Notes: generated by a model from the letters alone, not told the origin. A stretch of 64,000 bases of DNA from Camelus ferus (GCF_009834535.1 NC_045697.1:101186001-101250000); one strand, 5' to 3'; shown: positions 37,213 to 50,900, counted from the stretch's first letter. Numbers and translations: made by a program.

Positions 37213-38789
37213 TAGTGGTAATTATTACTATTATCTAAATCAATAAATTATTTGTGTATGGGCATTTCCTAAGTTCACTTCTCAGTCCTCTTTTTTCCCA
37301 CTTCATACTCCATTTTTCCATGGAAATCTCATTTAATCTCCAGGCTTCAATGATCAACTCAAAAGCAAGATTTGTAAGTTTACACTCTCACCCCTCCCCT
37401 GATTTACAGGCTTATATGTGCAGTTCCCTGGGTAACACTGCCAAGTGGATATCCCATCGTTATCTCAAACTGATCGTGTCTACAGATGCATCATATCTCT
37501 AACCTAGTGCTGGCCTTAGACTTGGTCTGATTTAGAGGGGTCCAATCTGGCCCTTCTCTGACTGCACCCCTCCCCACAGAGAAAGGATTCATCAGAACCA
37601 AGAGTTTCCATCACTGTATCATTATTTCAGAATTTCCCTATTTTCTCAAAGGCAAGTAAACCTATTGACAGATTAACAGTATAGAACTAAATCTCCCAAT
37701 TATCTGTATAGGAATTAAAATAAGCATTCAATCCTTGGTTCATGAAATCTAACAAAGTCTTACAGTTAAATATTTCTATAAACAATGCTAGCTGATTTGC
37801 TAAATCTCTTTTCTGTGTATGTCTTGGTAATTAACGGCCATCTTTTTCTTCATTTTCCACTTCAGAAAGCATCTCTGATTTTAACTTCTAAAAATTGGAA
37901 CTGAAAAATTTCTAAGAGGGAAAAGATAAATGACCATTAATTCAACTGATAATTAACCACCTGAAAATTAACAAAAGACTCTGTTGTCATCATTTTCTGC
38001 CTTTCTACAATTCAGGGTTTTATTTCCCTCTAAGTAGAAACGTCGTTATTTTTTCAAATCCAAAGAAGAGACAGCTGTGCATAGAGCAGTGTGCCCTGGC
38101 ATTGCTAGAGCTGAAGCTGCCTCTTCCTGCACTTGATCAAAGAGCTTCTATCAGAACTTAAGGAATCCAGGCAACATCACGTGTGATGGGAAGGGGCTGT
38201 CTCAGAACCCCAAGGGCTGGGAACTTCCCTGATGACTCCGTCCCTCATTCACTTAGATGAATTAACTCTAAGCAGGCAAAATCACCACAGCTGGGGAGAC
38301 GACATTCATTTTCTTTTCTGCATCTGGCAAGGATCTGTCAGGTCAATTGGGCAGCTCACTTAAACCTTTTTAGACTTCACCTTCATCATCTCTCAAATGC
38401 ACTGCCCTCCCACATCTAAAACTCTGTTCCTGTATATATGCGACCTATCACTTTGTGGGAACTTTAGTTGCTCTACAAATCATATCTTCGGAAGTAAGTG
38501 TTCAATATGCTGCTTCTCCTTTGCATGTGTGTGATGTTCATGAGACCACGTGATTTTGGAAAACATGACAAAGAAAGACAGGACGAAAACAGCAGTTAAC
38601 CAAGTAAATTCACTTGAATGATGACATGAAACCTATGTACCTGTACCACTGATCCACTGGTTACAGGATATGGTCTCATTAAGGAAGTAGATACCCACAG
38701 CATCTCAGGCGCTGGTGATCTCCAGTGACCATCCATAAACATCTACATTTCATCTGGAAGTGTGCAGTTTCCAGGACACCGCATGTTCT

Positions 38790-39065
38790 TTCTCAGCTAG
38801 AATTTTCAAAATACTCCTTTTGCTTAGAGTTGCCCCATTTGCCTAGAAAATCCCTATATCTACTTGAAGACACAGTTTACTTCCTTCTAAGAGCCCACCC
38901 TGATCACTCCCAGGAAAAATTACGTATATATAAATTAATGATAAAATGTATTGCTTTGGTAATTGTTCATATGCCTGCCCATCCTGCTAGCCTGTAAGAA
39001 TCTCAGTATTCCCAGACTTATCGCAGTGTTGGGTATAAAGACAGAACTCAATACAGTTTAATAAA
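38790..39065 (+). mobile_element. L2 3' end fragment
   Basis: ttgcctagaaaatccct...cttccttctaagagcccaccctgatc...gctagcctgtaag...cgcagtgttggg...actcaata. Confidence 0.5.
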
Positions 39066-40399
39066 TAATACAAAATTACTTAGTGAAAATATTTTTAAAC
39101 CTCTTTTTTTCCCTTTTTCTTGTAGTTTGACATTTCATTGCTATTTCATGAAATTTCTAAAGGTTAACTTTTTATCTCACTTGTGCTCCTTTCTATCGTT
39201 ATGATCTTAAAACTGTGTTGCTGACACAAAAATTAGATGGCCGGGCATTACTTCTGTCTAATGTTTTTGAAATGAGCTGTAGTTTTTTACCTAACGTGTT
39301 TTCTGTGTTGGCCCAAGTACCCAGTATAAGGTCTAGTCACACTTGATATTTTACAAAAAAAAATTTGCATCTTCTCTCAAATCTTCTTTGATTAAAAACC
39401 AAATAGTAGTACCCAAAGGTAATTGTTAGTCAGAATTTGAGACTGATGTTTATGATGTGTATTTTTATGTATCAATAATCATAACAGTCAATAGTTAACA
39501 TCTATAAGATAAATTTTATAGATCAAGTTAGAATTACTTTAAAAAATTCACAATCTAGAAAATATATTGCATGGTTTTTTAAGTTATTAATTTTGAAAGT
39601 ATTATTTTAGCTTGATGAACATGATCATGTTGTATATGTCAACAACCATCATCATCTACCTAAAGATACGTTTTTTAATGAAATCAAATATACTGATACA
39701 CTGATTTAAGGTAAAGGTCATGAGCCACTTCCTCAACACTGAAATCAATCAAATTGAAAACACTCCACTGGAGTTCCTCTTTTGCTCCTTGAACTTGGTG
39801 ATACTAAACCCCAGAGAGAAGAGAGAGAGGAAATGAAATAGCACGTCTCCCACACATGCCGCAGTCATCTTGCACTTCAGCCTGTGTAGTCAGATCCCAG
39901 CACACCTCCACCCGAGGCTTGAGTGAGGCTGACCTTGGGTGACCTTGGATGAATGTGGCTATGGAAATTTGACCCTCTTTTAATGTGACTTTCCACTCCT
40001 TGCTTTCCATTCTCCATCCAACACCACTCCAGCCAATCCTAAATTTTCAAAAAGTTTACTAGGCACAGGTTCCAGGAAATAGGGAGTGATTATGGTAATT
40101 GTGCTTAAGTTACCAGGACAATAAATGCGATTCACAGACAGCAAAGGCCCACTTTCAAAGTAAGCACAGTGGTATATACTCAAACTGAAAGCTGCGGAGT
40201 CCTGTGTGATCAACAGACACAGATTTCTAGAGATGGGAATGGGGAGTAGGAGAAATAGGACTTAGGTGTGAGAGTGAGAGGGCAAGGTTCTTAAAGGGAA
40301 ACCAAGGTATAGACCTTGGATGGAGGCTGAGTACATACATCGAAGATGTGGCCTCAACAAACAAAACAGAAGGAAAACCAGTTCTAGGAGAGCAGAGAT

Positions 40400-40402
<3 letters not shown>

Positions 40403-40449
<47 letters not shown>
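40403..40449. repeat. Perfect (AC)23 microsatellite
   Basis: Read directly from the sequence. Confidence 0.98.
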
Positions 40450-40452
<3 letters not shown>

Positions 40453-41822
40453 AGGGAAGAGGAAATACATCTTATCACTTGAACCCTAGGCATATTTAAT
40501 TATTCCAAAATTTACCTAGAACTTTTCAAATCTTAGTTTCAAAAGAAATGCAAAGGAAAACTGAAGTCAGCTAGAGTTCAAGATGTATACATTCTTATTT
40601 CAAGAAAATGTATTACTCCCAGTCCTTTCTTGAAAACATTTGGTACCTTCAACAACAACAACAAAACCTCTCACCTAAACTTAAGGATTCTGGCAAATGA
40701 TCATCATGAATGACCTTCACAGGAGAGGCACAAAAAGCACAGCTTGGTCTTGGCTGTTAATCATCCACCTTAATCCTTCTGTAAGTGGCTCCCCATACTC
40801 CTTCTTTGTAAGCATTGTTTTCTAAACACAAACATGTTCAACACTGGCTGCTAAATTGGTTAAATCCACATGGCAAGGGCAGGCAACAATCTGGAGTATG
40901 CTAAAAATGGTAATACATTCGAAGTGATTTCTTGCAGACTCTGTGACAGGGTAGAAATTTATAAAAATAATGGTGACATTCTGACTATGATCTAGCAAAT
41001 TCATCAGGATTATATGCATGTGAATATACATATTAAAAACAGACATAAAGCAATTTACATAACTATGAAGCAAAATACTTGAGCTATAATATTTCAGGCA
41101 AATTCAAATTTGTTTTGACTAAATACCGGTAACACGGGGTATCACAATTATTTGTGATATCATAAAAGGATACCTTGAATGAATAAGCCAGTTTAAGAAA
41201 ATATGAATCATGCAAGTATAACGTTAAAGAATTTGAAGGGTTCTCTTATTATGAACACTGAGAAGCATATAAGTTGTACTTTGGTGAACAAGCCACTTTG
41301 AAATTCTAACTATTTTCAAGATGAGTAGTATCCATTCATACACCCATATTGCAGGCCTGGACATGAAAGTTAAGGAAGGCTAAAAATACTTCCCTAGAAT
41401 TATTTTAACAAAATAATTTTCCTAGTGAAAGAAGACTTCCTTCAACTTAGATACTGTAGAAGAACCTCTATGGTTACAAACCATGCATTCTTTTACCAAT
41501 AAACTCAAAAAGAGAATCAGTTTTTAAGAAACGGGGGAACTTGAGGGAGAGACACACACACACTGAGGTTAGAAATCATATGAAATTATATGAACTTGTT
41601 CCTAGCCTTGTTCAGGCCTCTTTTTGTGCATTTGGGGGAAAAAAACCAAACAAGGTACAACCCATCCATTCACACTCACACAAATATCGCGCGGAGGAGA
41701 CAGTCATTCGTGAGCCGCAGCTCAGAGGTGGCAGATGTAGACCGAAACTGTTCCTTCATTCTCAAACCAGGAAGTCTGGATCATCTCCAGGCTGAGATTA
41801 CAAGACTGGCTTCAGACTGCTC

Positions 41823-41836
41823 ACGCCACCTGCTAG
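41823..41836 (-). promoter_or_regulatory. Candidate CTCF motif, reverse orientation
   Basis: Reverse complement CTAGCAGGTGGCGT matches 12/14 of CCASYAGRKGGCRS. Confidence 0.4.
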
Positions 41837-42080
41837 ATATTTGCTATACTTGTCACCCAGATACTTGAGTGTCTGCAGAAGTCATAAAACAGCCAGATGA
41901 ATTGATTTTGCATATCTACAGAACAATATAACAGCAACAACAACAAAAGCTTTCCCTATTGAAGTGGTATCTGATTCAAAGTACATTTGAATGAGGAATT
42001 TCATCAGGCAGAATAATTCTACTTTTAAAGGTTTAGCTGCATTAAGTCAATCCACCTGTCAATGAGGTACGTTCTAATAG

Positions 42081-42205
42081 CTGATCAACTCAGCGGAACT
42101 TACAGTGGTTGTGCTCAACTGTGTTTACTGATTGAACAAACTGGTCAACTCGATGGAAGTCACAGTGGTTTCACTCAACTGTTTACTGATTGAACCAACT
42201 GGTCA
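42081..42205. repeat. Diverged ~60-bp tandem duplication (2 copies plus a 7-bp remnant)
   Basis: 42081-42140 vs 42141-42198 share tcaactc, ggaa, acagtggtt, ctcaactg, tgtttactgattgaac; ctggtca follows both copies. Confidence 0.92.
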
Positions 42206-42749
42206 GTTCAAAACATTTGATCAGTTATCTAGCAAAGAACATAAATTACCACTGTCTCCTTCCCCTTGCCCTAATTTAGTTCTTTCTCACACTGTGTCTT
42301 GCCGATGTGAGAACCATACCTATATTATTTTATATAAACCAGTGAGTCTCAAAGTTTCTTCCCCGGCTCTCACTGTAAAGTTGCCTGTGAGATCCTGGTG
42401 AGGAGATTAGCCAAACTGAATAAACTTCCACTTCATTCCCCAGCTCCAATGTTAAAATTTCCTTTTATGTTTGTGCTCTGTTTGGAATATTTGATTAAAG
42501 GGTTCCTTGGCAAAATGGGGAACTGACAGGGAAAGGGGGTTATGCATTTATGACAAAATTAATTAGTACATTTTAGATAACTCGTAGAAATACTAACATG
42601 CATAGAAGGGATAATATCATTAAACTCTTAATGAAATGACTAATTCCTTCCCCGCCCCCCCCCGAAAAGGCACTGAATATGAAAATACAATGTCTGTGTT
42701 AGATATTGGGTCCAGTTTCATCCCCTTCCTGTATTTTACTTCTTGTCAG

Positions 42750-43182
42750 AATTACCGGCCACGGAAGGCAAAAATCAGCTCCCTTGCTCTGCTGTTCTGG
42801 ATGCAATTTTGTTTCTGCCAAGGAGATGTCTCATCCTGAGAGTTGGAAAATAAATGCAAAGGAGACGGGAACACGGCGAGGGGCAGATGGGCTCTAGCAC
42901 AGGTGGGTGTCAGCAGCAGCTGAACACCACGTCCTTCCCTTGCTTGGTGGGTGTGGGAGGCTGCGACTTTGGCAGCAGCATAGGCATGGGAGCAGCAGAT
43001 CCTGACCTCTGGAGCCTGGGGTGATGCAAAAGCTTTGATGCCAGGAGTCATGTGTGGCTCCCTGACGTCCACTCCTCCAGCCTGTTAAAGATTTTGTAAG
43101 CACTTTAATCCTCGTGTCAAATCCATTTTGCCTGAGGTACCTAGAGTTGTTTCTGTTTCTTGCACTGAACCCTCATGATAAA
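42750..43182 (+). mobile_element. ERVL LTR (LTR33-like)
   Basis: 3' end ttgtaagcactttaatcctcgtgtcaaatcc...tacctagagttgtttctgtttcttgcactgaaccct. Confidence 0.75.
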
Positions 43183-43844
43183 ATGCCACATTATATAGGA
43201 AAAATAATGTCTGCTATGTAAGCATTTCTGATGACACTGAAATTACGCTTACAAATTGTAACCCCGAGGCTGGTGCCCCCATTCCATTGCTTTTGTCCTG
43301 TATCACTTCTATTCTTATCTTGTGCCAAACACAGGTCTGAGCATTGCTTCAAATTCTCTAAAAAAACTCTCTTTCGCTCTTACTGTCATTCCCTCCACCC
43401 CTACCCTCACTGCTGCTCCAACAGCCCACTCCTCAGGTTAACCCCTTAGATGTTTCTGATTTCCAAGGCTGCCTGCAGTGATGCCCTCACCTGCTGTTTT
43501 TATTCCTTGTTCCACCTTCAGTCTTTATGAGGCCTTCTCATTCCTCTAACACCTAAAGATCTTTTTGGAATGTCAGTTTTCTCTCTTCTCCATCAATGGA
43601 ATAATTCTGCTGCCTCAGCTTCTACCTCCAAATTGAATAAGGAAATTCAACACAGTAATCAGTAAAACAAAAGGACAGATTAAGAATTTTGAAGATTTTT
43701 GTTGTTGTTGTTTTGGTTTTTAGTATGTGTCCAACGTCTTACTGTTTTCCTCAGATGGCTTATCCACATTTTTCTTCTAAGTATAATTCTCTTCCTGGTC
43801 AGAGTTCTGTTACAAAAAATCACAGCAAAAACACTCTTCTTCAT

Positions 43845-44286
43845 TCCAGCAGAAATGACTGGCTGATTATCCAACATGTGTTCTTTCCTTTCACGGTGCA
43901 GAGTTGTTGACGGGAAGCAGTGTCCAGATGGGGGAGACAACTCCTGGTCTTCTTTTATTTAGGTCCACCTTATGACAAGTTTTTGGCCAAAGGGACGTAA
44001 GATGAAGTGATCTGTGGCTCAAGATGTTTCTGTACCTAGTGTGCCCTCCCTGTAGTTCAGAAGGAAACGGCTCCTTCGGAGATGAACTCCAAGGCCAGAC
44101 GGTGAGGATGGAGGCATTCAAGTTGGAAGGAGACGGGATTCCAGATGACTGTGGAGCAGCGTCCTCACCCTCCGTGCCTGCCTACAGCATCAGCGACCTG
44201 AGCAAGCAATAAACTTTTACTGTTGTAAGACACAAGGATTTGGGAGGCTATTTGCTGAGGCAGTTAGCCTCACCATAACTAGTTCA
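43845..44286 (+). mobile_element. MaLR LTR (MLT1J/K-like)
   Basis: atgacaagtttttggccaaagggacgtaag...ggaaggagacgggattccagatgactgtggagc...aataaacttttactgttgtaagacac...gcagttagcctcaccataacta. Confidence 0.8.
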
Positions 44287-45229
44287 GATGCAACTGCTAA
44301 TCTCAGCACCTAATTAACATACTGAGTATGTGCTTCTAGCCTTGACTAGCTAGCCTATGTCAACACGAATCAAAACGATGTTACTAAAAAACTCAGGAGA
44401 GAGATGACCAGATAAACGGATGGGCTGAGGAAGATACCATCTCTTGTCAAAATACTCTCGTCTTCGTAAATAAAATTTTAAACATTTTTTTTCTACTAGA
44501 TGCCTCAGATTTTTCAATGCTAATATGTTATGTGAATCTACAATAAAGCAAATGCTGGTGAAACTCTTACTCCTCGGAGCGATGAATAGTATCTTTTGAA
44601 TCAGAACACGATTTGGGAAATAATGAGCTTCCAGCATTCATGCAGCACCTGGCCTGGTCCTGTTTAGTCAATGATTTAAATACAAACATAGATGATAAGT
44701 TTCTTAAGTTTATAGGTAACACTAAGTCATCTGAAACTGAAAACATATTAAATGACTGAGTCACATTTCCTTAAGATTTTAAAAGATATCATGGTGAGCA
44801 ACTTAACCATCAACATTCTCATCCATGCTCTAGTTCCAATACCCAATACCATATGTATGAGCAAGGAAGCAATTTATACAGAAAAAAATGTACACGTGTT
44901 AGTTCACCAAAATTTTAATGAGCCGGTATTTGAGACAGCTGCTGACATTAATGCAATATTAAACTATATTAATAAATGTGCACTTTCCCCATTCATGGGC
45001 TGTTAGTCTCATTTAAATCTCCCCAACATTACCTGAAGTATTTGGTTTGCTTCAGTGGGGCAGATTTTAGAGAATAGCTTAAACGTTAGAATTTATGACC
45101 AAGGAGAAGGATTAAGAATGAGAGGAATATAGGGATTATAATATATTTAATATGTTGGCTTAGAGACTTTTCTTGCCTGGGGGGAATTTGTCACGACAAA
45201 ACAAAACCAAGAAAAAAGCTACGAGATGC

Positions 45230-45865
45230 TTCTCCTGTGTCCAGCTCCTGAAGATCATGATGGCCAACACCACTCACCACCAGGAGCGTCCTGGCAGACC
45301 TCTCGGGCCAGTTTTGTAGCAGAGCTTCTCTGGGGAGATGCCTACCTGCAAATAGAGCGTGGGTTTCCCACAAATTCCAGAGGGCACGTGTCCAGCAGGT
45401 TCTTCCAACACCTCAACAACTTTTGCACCATCCTGTGACCGTGGCTTTGCCCTCTCCAAGAAGACCTGGGTCTCAGGGTTGGAGGCAGGAGGGAGGAAAC
45501 CCTCGCGGAGTGCTCTGTCTCCGCCCTCCTGGAAGTGATTGCTTCTATTCTCACACGGTTTATTACTCCAATCCTCCCTTACAGTTGATTAATTTTTGTT
45601 TGTTTTGTTTTGATTTTTTTTGTTTGGTGGGGGAGATACTTAGGTTTATTTATGTACTTTTAAATTATTATTATTATTTATCATTATTTTTATTTTATTT
45701 ATTTTTAGTGGAGGTACCAGGGATTGAACCCAGGACGTTGTGTATGCTAAGTGCACACTCTACCACTGAGCTATACCGTCCTCCCAGCTGATCATTCTTT
45801 ATATTAAACTTTCTCTATCCAAATTAATGTGTGGTTTCCATCTCCTGATTAGAAATAGGCCCTGG
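45230..45865 (+). mobile_element. ERVL-type LTR (LTR41-like; subfamily uncertain), split by a SINE
   Basis: 3' end ttctttatattaaactttctcta...tgtgtggtttccatctcctgatt. The 5' boundary is uncertain. Confidence 0.55.
45592..45785 (-). mobile_element. tRNA-derived camelid-type SINE (long-tail form)
   Basis: ggaggtaccagggattgaacccaggacgttgtgtatgctaagtgcacactctaccactgagctatacc; imperfect TSD cagttgatt/cagctgatc. Confidence 0.92.
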
Positions 45866-45884
45866 CTGTAAGAACAATAATAAT

Positions 45885-46205
45885 AAAAAAGACACAAATG
45901 AACTTATCTATAAACCAAAAATTATTCACAGACATAGAAAACAAACTATGGTTACCAAAGGGGAAAGTAGGAGGAGGGATAAATTAGGAGTTCGGGATTA
46001 ACAGATACACACTACTATATATAAAACAGATAAACAACAAGGTCCTACTGTACAGCACAGGGAACTATATTCAATATCTTGTAATAACCTATAATGAAAA
46101 TATGAAAAGGAAATATATATGTATGTATAACTGAATCACTATGCTGTGCACCAAAAACTAACACAGCATTGTAAATCAACTATACTTCAATTAAAAAAAG
46201 AAAAA
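45885..46205 (+). mobile_element. 5'-truncated lineage-specific L1 3' UTR
   Basis: acaaatgaacttatcta...cacagacatagaaaacaaactatggttaccaaagggg...gcacagggaactatattcaatatcttgtaataacc...tacttcaattaaaaaaa. Confidence 0.93.
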
Positions 46206-47719
46206 TTTCCTTTCCCATTACAGAAGACTATGGCACTAGTCCTCATAAAGTGAATAACTCTTCTCATTTTTAGATATGAAAACTGTTTAAGGAGAAAAAG
46301 AAGCAGGTTCTTTGAATCTCATCTTTGATACAAAATTTAAATTTTTGTGAATCTTTAAATAATCTTCCTTGCCTTTACTTAATACATATGAAGCAATTGC
46401 TTAGGGTGGTGTCTGAAACTTAATTCAGGACTATGGGGTTAAATATTGAATAGTTAGTTCTATGAAATACTTCTCCAATCTTAGGATACACATTCGTCGT
46501 GGTTTCCAGGGCCACAGTTCTTTGACACTTGCTTTCTTAAATAACCAATTTCATATGAAGCTCATTTCCTTCTCATGTTAGGAATACTGCAGACCAAAAA
46601 AGTCATTTTGCCAGATCAATAATAACTAGATTGTATTCTTCTAATACACATAACTTAGGAAGACTAGGTAAGATGTTGCATATACCAATGAAAACTCACT
46701 GGATGAATTAGCCTTCTACACAGTGTAAACACTAAATTTTCCTTGTTTAAAATGAACATCAATTGGTTTGTGTAATAAAGAAAGGTAGCAGATGCCCAGA
46801 GAAAGGGGAAAAAATACATATTTACATACTCACACAGTATCTTTCTCACTACCATGGGTGGAAAAAAACTCTCTGGAAATACCAACTTCTTGGGTCTAAA
46901 AATTACATTAATGGGAATCGGAAGTCCATTTCTCAAAGTATTGATGCATGCGCACAATTTAAAATGCATCTTGTTTACATTTACAAATTAAAGTATAAAT
47001 ACTCTTAAATCCCAACAGAAAACATTACATTATGGTTCTTCACATTTTCAACCTTTCTATTTCAAGTCACTACGTAAACGCTGTTTCCAATTAAGTTTAG
47101 TGGTGCAGTTTGTTCTCTGGTTTAACTCTGCTGTTACCATGCCACTTCTTTAGCTAACTGCAAATTTGGTAAATATGAGTGCTTCTATTTTCAAGTAAAT
47201 GAATTTTATGCAAACTCATTTCCACTGTCACACGATTAATTCCCTTTTAGCATTATAATCTATTATATAGTGGATGATAAGCAGAAAATGAAATGGAACT
47301 TTTGTTTCTGATGGAGCTAAAAACCATTAGTGAAACTTCAAGCTGTGCAGCTAAAAGGTCATTTTACTTCATTGTAATATAAGTGTTCTTTTTTCCTTAA
47401 TCTTAGAATTCAATTGTAGAGTCAGCAGTAAAAAAAAAACCAAAAAAACAATGACGCTCAGTAATGTTTTCTTTCCTCCATTGCAGGGCATTTTTTCCTC
47501 TTTAAGTCTTCAACTATTGCCCAAAATCTACATTGCGTAGGTTTTTATGCGACCTTAGTTTATTTTTAACTTAAAATCTTGCCACATTATATGTTGTGTG
47601 AAATTACTGAAACATTTATGAAATATTTAAAAACGTATCTGTTCCATAAAAATGGAGTTTAAATCCGACGTTGCAAATGAGATGCCAGATGCGCAAAATA
47701 ACAGGCAACAAAGTAAGTG

Positions 47720-47744
47720 CGGAAGTGTCCACCAGGGGGAGCCT
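47720..47744 (+). promoter_or_regulatory. Candidate CTCF motif (forward) with an adjacent ETS site
   Basis: CCACCAGGGGGAGC (47729-47742) matches 13/14 of CCASYAGRKGGCRS; CGGAAGTG at 47720-47727. Confidence 0.55.
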
Positions 47745-47949
47745 CAGAAAAGATCCCCAAGAGCCCGTGGAATGGCTATGGTAGCCCCTATTCTACAGGA
47801 AGGTCTAAAACAGGGAAGTGGATTGTCGTGAAGCAAAGTCTGTATGGAAGTTTTCTTTCGAGAAAGTTGTACCCTGTAATTAAAACCTGGTGAGCAGCTA
47901 TTCAAGGGGCTACTCGGAAAGTGTAATGTTTGACCACTGAAGGGTATAC

Positions 47950-48840
47950 GTGTTAGGTGTGGGGGATAATAGGGGACTGGGGTCTGACTTCTTGTTGAAA
48001 AAACCTACAAAGTGAGCAATGGAATGACTAACTGCTCTGGCAGCATAACCAGAGTGTTACTAATGTGTTGGAATCAACCTGGTCCTCAAAGTTCATCAGA
48101 ACAAATCGTGGGAGTTTTCTGAGGATGAGATGTGGTGAAACCCACAGGAGGGCTAGCTGGCCTAGAGGGGCTTGTACTTCTCCTCAAGGGGAACGAGAAT
48201 GGAAAGAGGCCATGTCGAGGGGCCCACCACAAAATCGCAGGCAGGGTGGGCTGACCCTGCTGGCTAGATGGAACCCATTCCCCAAGTCACAGGCATTGCT
48301 ATCCGAGGGAAACTTCCAAAGAAAGCACAGAAGCATCTGTGAAAGAAAAATTCTTTTAACCAGCCCTGTGAGGACACGAAAGAACAAAGCAAGTTGTGAT
48401 GTTATCACTCAAGAAAGAATACTCTCCATGCCCTCAAACTCCCTCCCTCTCACCCTGTTTTGACACTGATAGGGTTGGAAGCCACAGCCCCAAAGAGGGA
48501 AGGAGGGAGGGAGAGGCCAGGGTGCAGACAGAAGGGGCTGATCAATTCCTGCAGGCAGGTGACCCACCAGAACTGTGCCTCAGCTGGAGGAGGGGACCAC
48601 ATAAAGACTGAGTGTGGACGAATATATTGGACTAGACAGCCTATTTTCTGAATTGAGACTGTATTTTTTGTGTAAAGTGACCCTAGGACTTCCTATTATC
48701 CAAGAGTAATGAACTTGTTGAAGTTTCCATCCAGTAATGGGGGAAAAACTGCTACTGAATCTATTTTACACAGACACTGAACAACAAAATCAAGTGGATT
48801 TTATGGTTATATTTTGAGAGTTGTACTTTTTCAGTTACAT
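47950..48840 (+). mobile_element. Probable ancient LTR (LTR78-like)
   Basis: ctgaattgagactgtatttttgtgtaaagtgaccctaggacttcctattatccaagagt resembles my recollection of the LTR78 3' region; begins tgttag and ends gttaca. Confidence 0.5.
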
Positions 48841-49044
48841 TTATTTTTTATGAAATTCCATAATTTGAATCTGAGGGACTATTTTTATAGGTATGTAGAA
48901 AAAAATTAGTATATATAAATACGTCTATATTAATGCCCAAAGAGTTACAGGAATGCAGGATTAGAATGCAATGTATTGAGGAAACACCACCTTATAAAAG
49001 GTGAAGATCTGATGGATTTACAGTGCAAGGGTTTTATGCTTAAT

Positions 49045-49282
49045 GATAATAATCATAATGATAATAGCTAATACATGCTAATAAGCACTTATGTTGTGCC
49101 AAACATCGTCCTGAAGGCTTTACAGTGGGAACTTGTATACGTGATCTCATCAACCCTATGAGATAGGTAATGCTACTATCCCCACTGTCTCTTCTCTAAA
49201 GAGAAGGTAACCAAGGCCCAAAGAAGGTAATTGAGTAACTCAGTCAAGGTCACTAAGTAAGTCCTAAGTGACAGAGACAGAT
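49045..49282 (-). mobile_element. MIR SINE
   Basis: aatagctaatac...agcacttatgttgtgccaaac...ctcatcaaccctatgagataggtaatgctactatcccca...caaggtcac. Confidence 0.85.
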
Positions 49283-50749
49283 GCAGAGATGAAACTCAAC
49301 CAATCTCAATAACCAAAGAGATACAGAGGCAAAGAAGATACCATAGAACCCCGGCTCTGAGTGCAAGGCAAGCTCCTATGCGGACAATTTCGTATCCACC
49401 TCTAATTCTCGGAAAGCCTCCTTTACCCTCAATTACATTCATTTTCACATACCACTTTATCCTGCCTGTGCAAAGAGCAAGAGATGTTAGATCTAATACA
49501 GATACAAAAATGGTCTGTCATTCAAATAATTGGAGATGTGAAATTCAGAGGAAAAAAAAATGATTGAGACATTCATTTTCCAGGCTCTATTTCATTTAAT
49601 CTGGAAATGTTTATTTGATAGAGTAAAATACCCAGGCTAGAGTACTTTTGACCAGAGCGTATGTCCTAAAAATGAGACACTTAGGAGCCTGAGGTGACAC
49701 AGTGAAGGCTGTTCCTCCTAATATGCCAGTTACGACTTGGGGCAATTATAATGTCATGCTGCCAAAGCGATGTTAAAGGAATCAAAATGGACAGTGGAAG
49801 TGGAAGTGCTGAAAAGCTATTCAGTAATGTATCTGTAATCTATTATTGATAAGTCAGAACAGGGGAATCCTCAAATAACGTTTTAAAGTAGAGTTTTTAT
49901 ATTATGTCCTTTTATTAATTCCAAAAAAAGAAAAGGCCACACCACTCAACAGTAATGGAACTTAAGCACATGCTGAAAAAACAGTCTAAGGAAAAGCTGA
50001 ATTCCCAACACATTTAACTTTCCAGTTTATAAAAGTTATCCCTGCTTTTTGAATAATATTAAAATGCTGTAGATAAATATAAAGAGTACAGAAATCACCT
50101 ATAATTTCACCATCCAGTTGCAGATACTATTAATAGCTCATGTTCTTTATCAGAATTAAAGTCATATTATAAGTCATTTTGCCTAGATTATTTTGGTTAA
50201 CTGAAGATTTTGAGCATTTGTTTCATTCAAGATTCTTTCAAGTCATATATCTGACTCTGTGTATTTCCCATTGTATAGCAATACACGTGTTCCTTATTCC
50301 TTCTCCCCGATTCCATTGCTTTTTGTACTTTATGTATATTTTTACCAAGGCAACCGGGACAGCAAATAAGCCCTCAAAAAGCTGAGCAGTTACTTTCGGC
50401 AAATTCAGAGAACTTATCTCAAATCAGTATTTTACATGCAAATAGTATTTCTGGAGTCTCAGAAGTCTTTGAGGATGCTAGCAGACCCTTTTCCAAACAA
50501 GCCTTCTGACTAAACAGTGCATCTGCTCTAATCCTTCCACCAAGCTCTGGGGAGCTTTCAGATGGGCTGAAGGACCCTTCACCATCCGAGCCCCCACGTC
50601 CTTGCAGGATGGCTGGGCAATCGTTACACATTCACTACTCACAAGTGGCCCCAACACTCTGCACTGATTGTCTGCAACCCAATTAGCGACTCTTGGCAAA
50701 GGAAAAGTGATCTTCCCCACGTAGCTCACTAGCAAATCAGAGGACCAAA

Positions 50750-50900
50750 GAGCCAAATGGGCCATCAGGGGTCACCGAGTTCATATCCCATTTTATATCT
50801 CAGGAAAGCAAAGACCATGAAGGTTAAGTGACTCGGCTGGAGTGACACAGTGTGGTGAGAGAGGGCCACACCCTGGCTGGCAGAAAAGTGCTGCTTTTAC
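50750..50900 (-). mobile_element. MIR fragment
   Basis: cccattttatatctcaggaaa...gaaggttaagtgactcggctggagtgacacag. Confidence 0.6.

Noticed and set aside
41140..41159. 8-bp inverted repeat tatcacaa/ttgtgata
   Set aside because: A short AT-rich stem, expected by chance in 64 kb.
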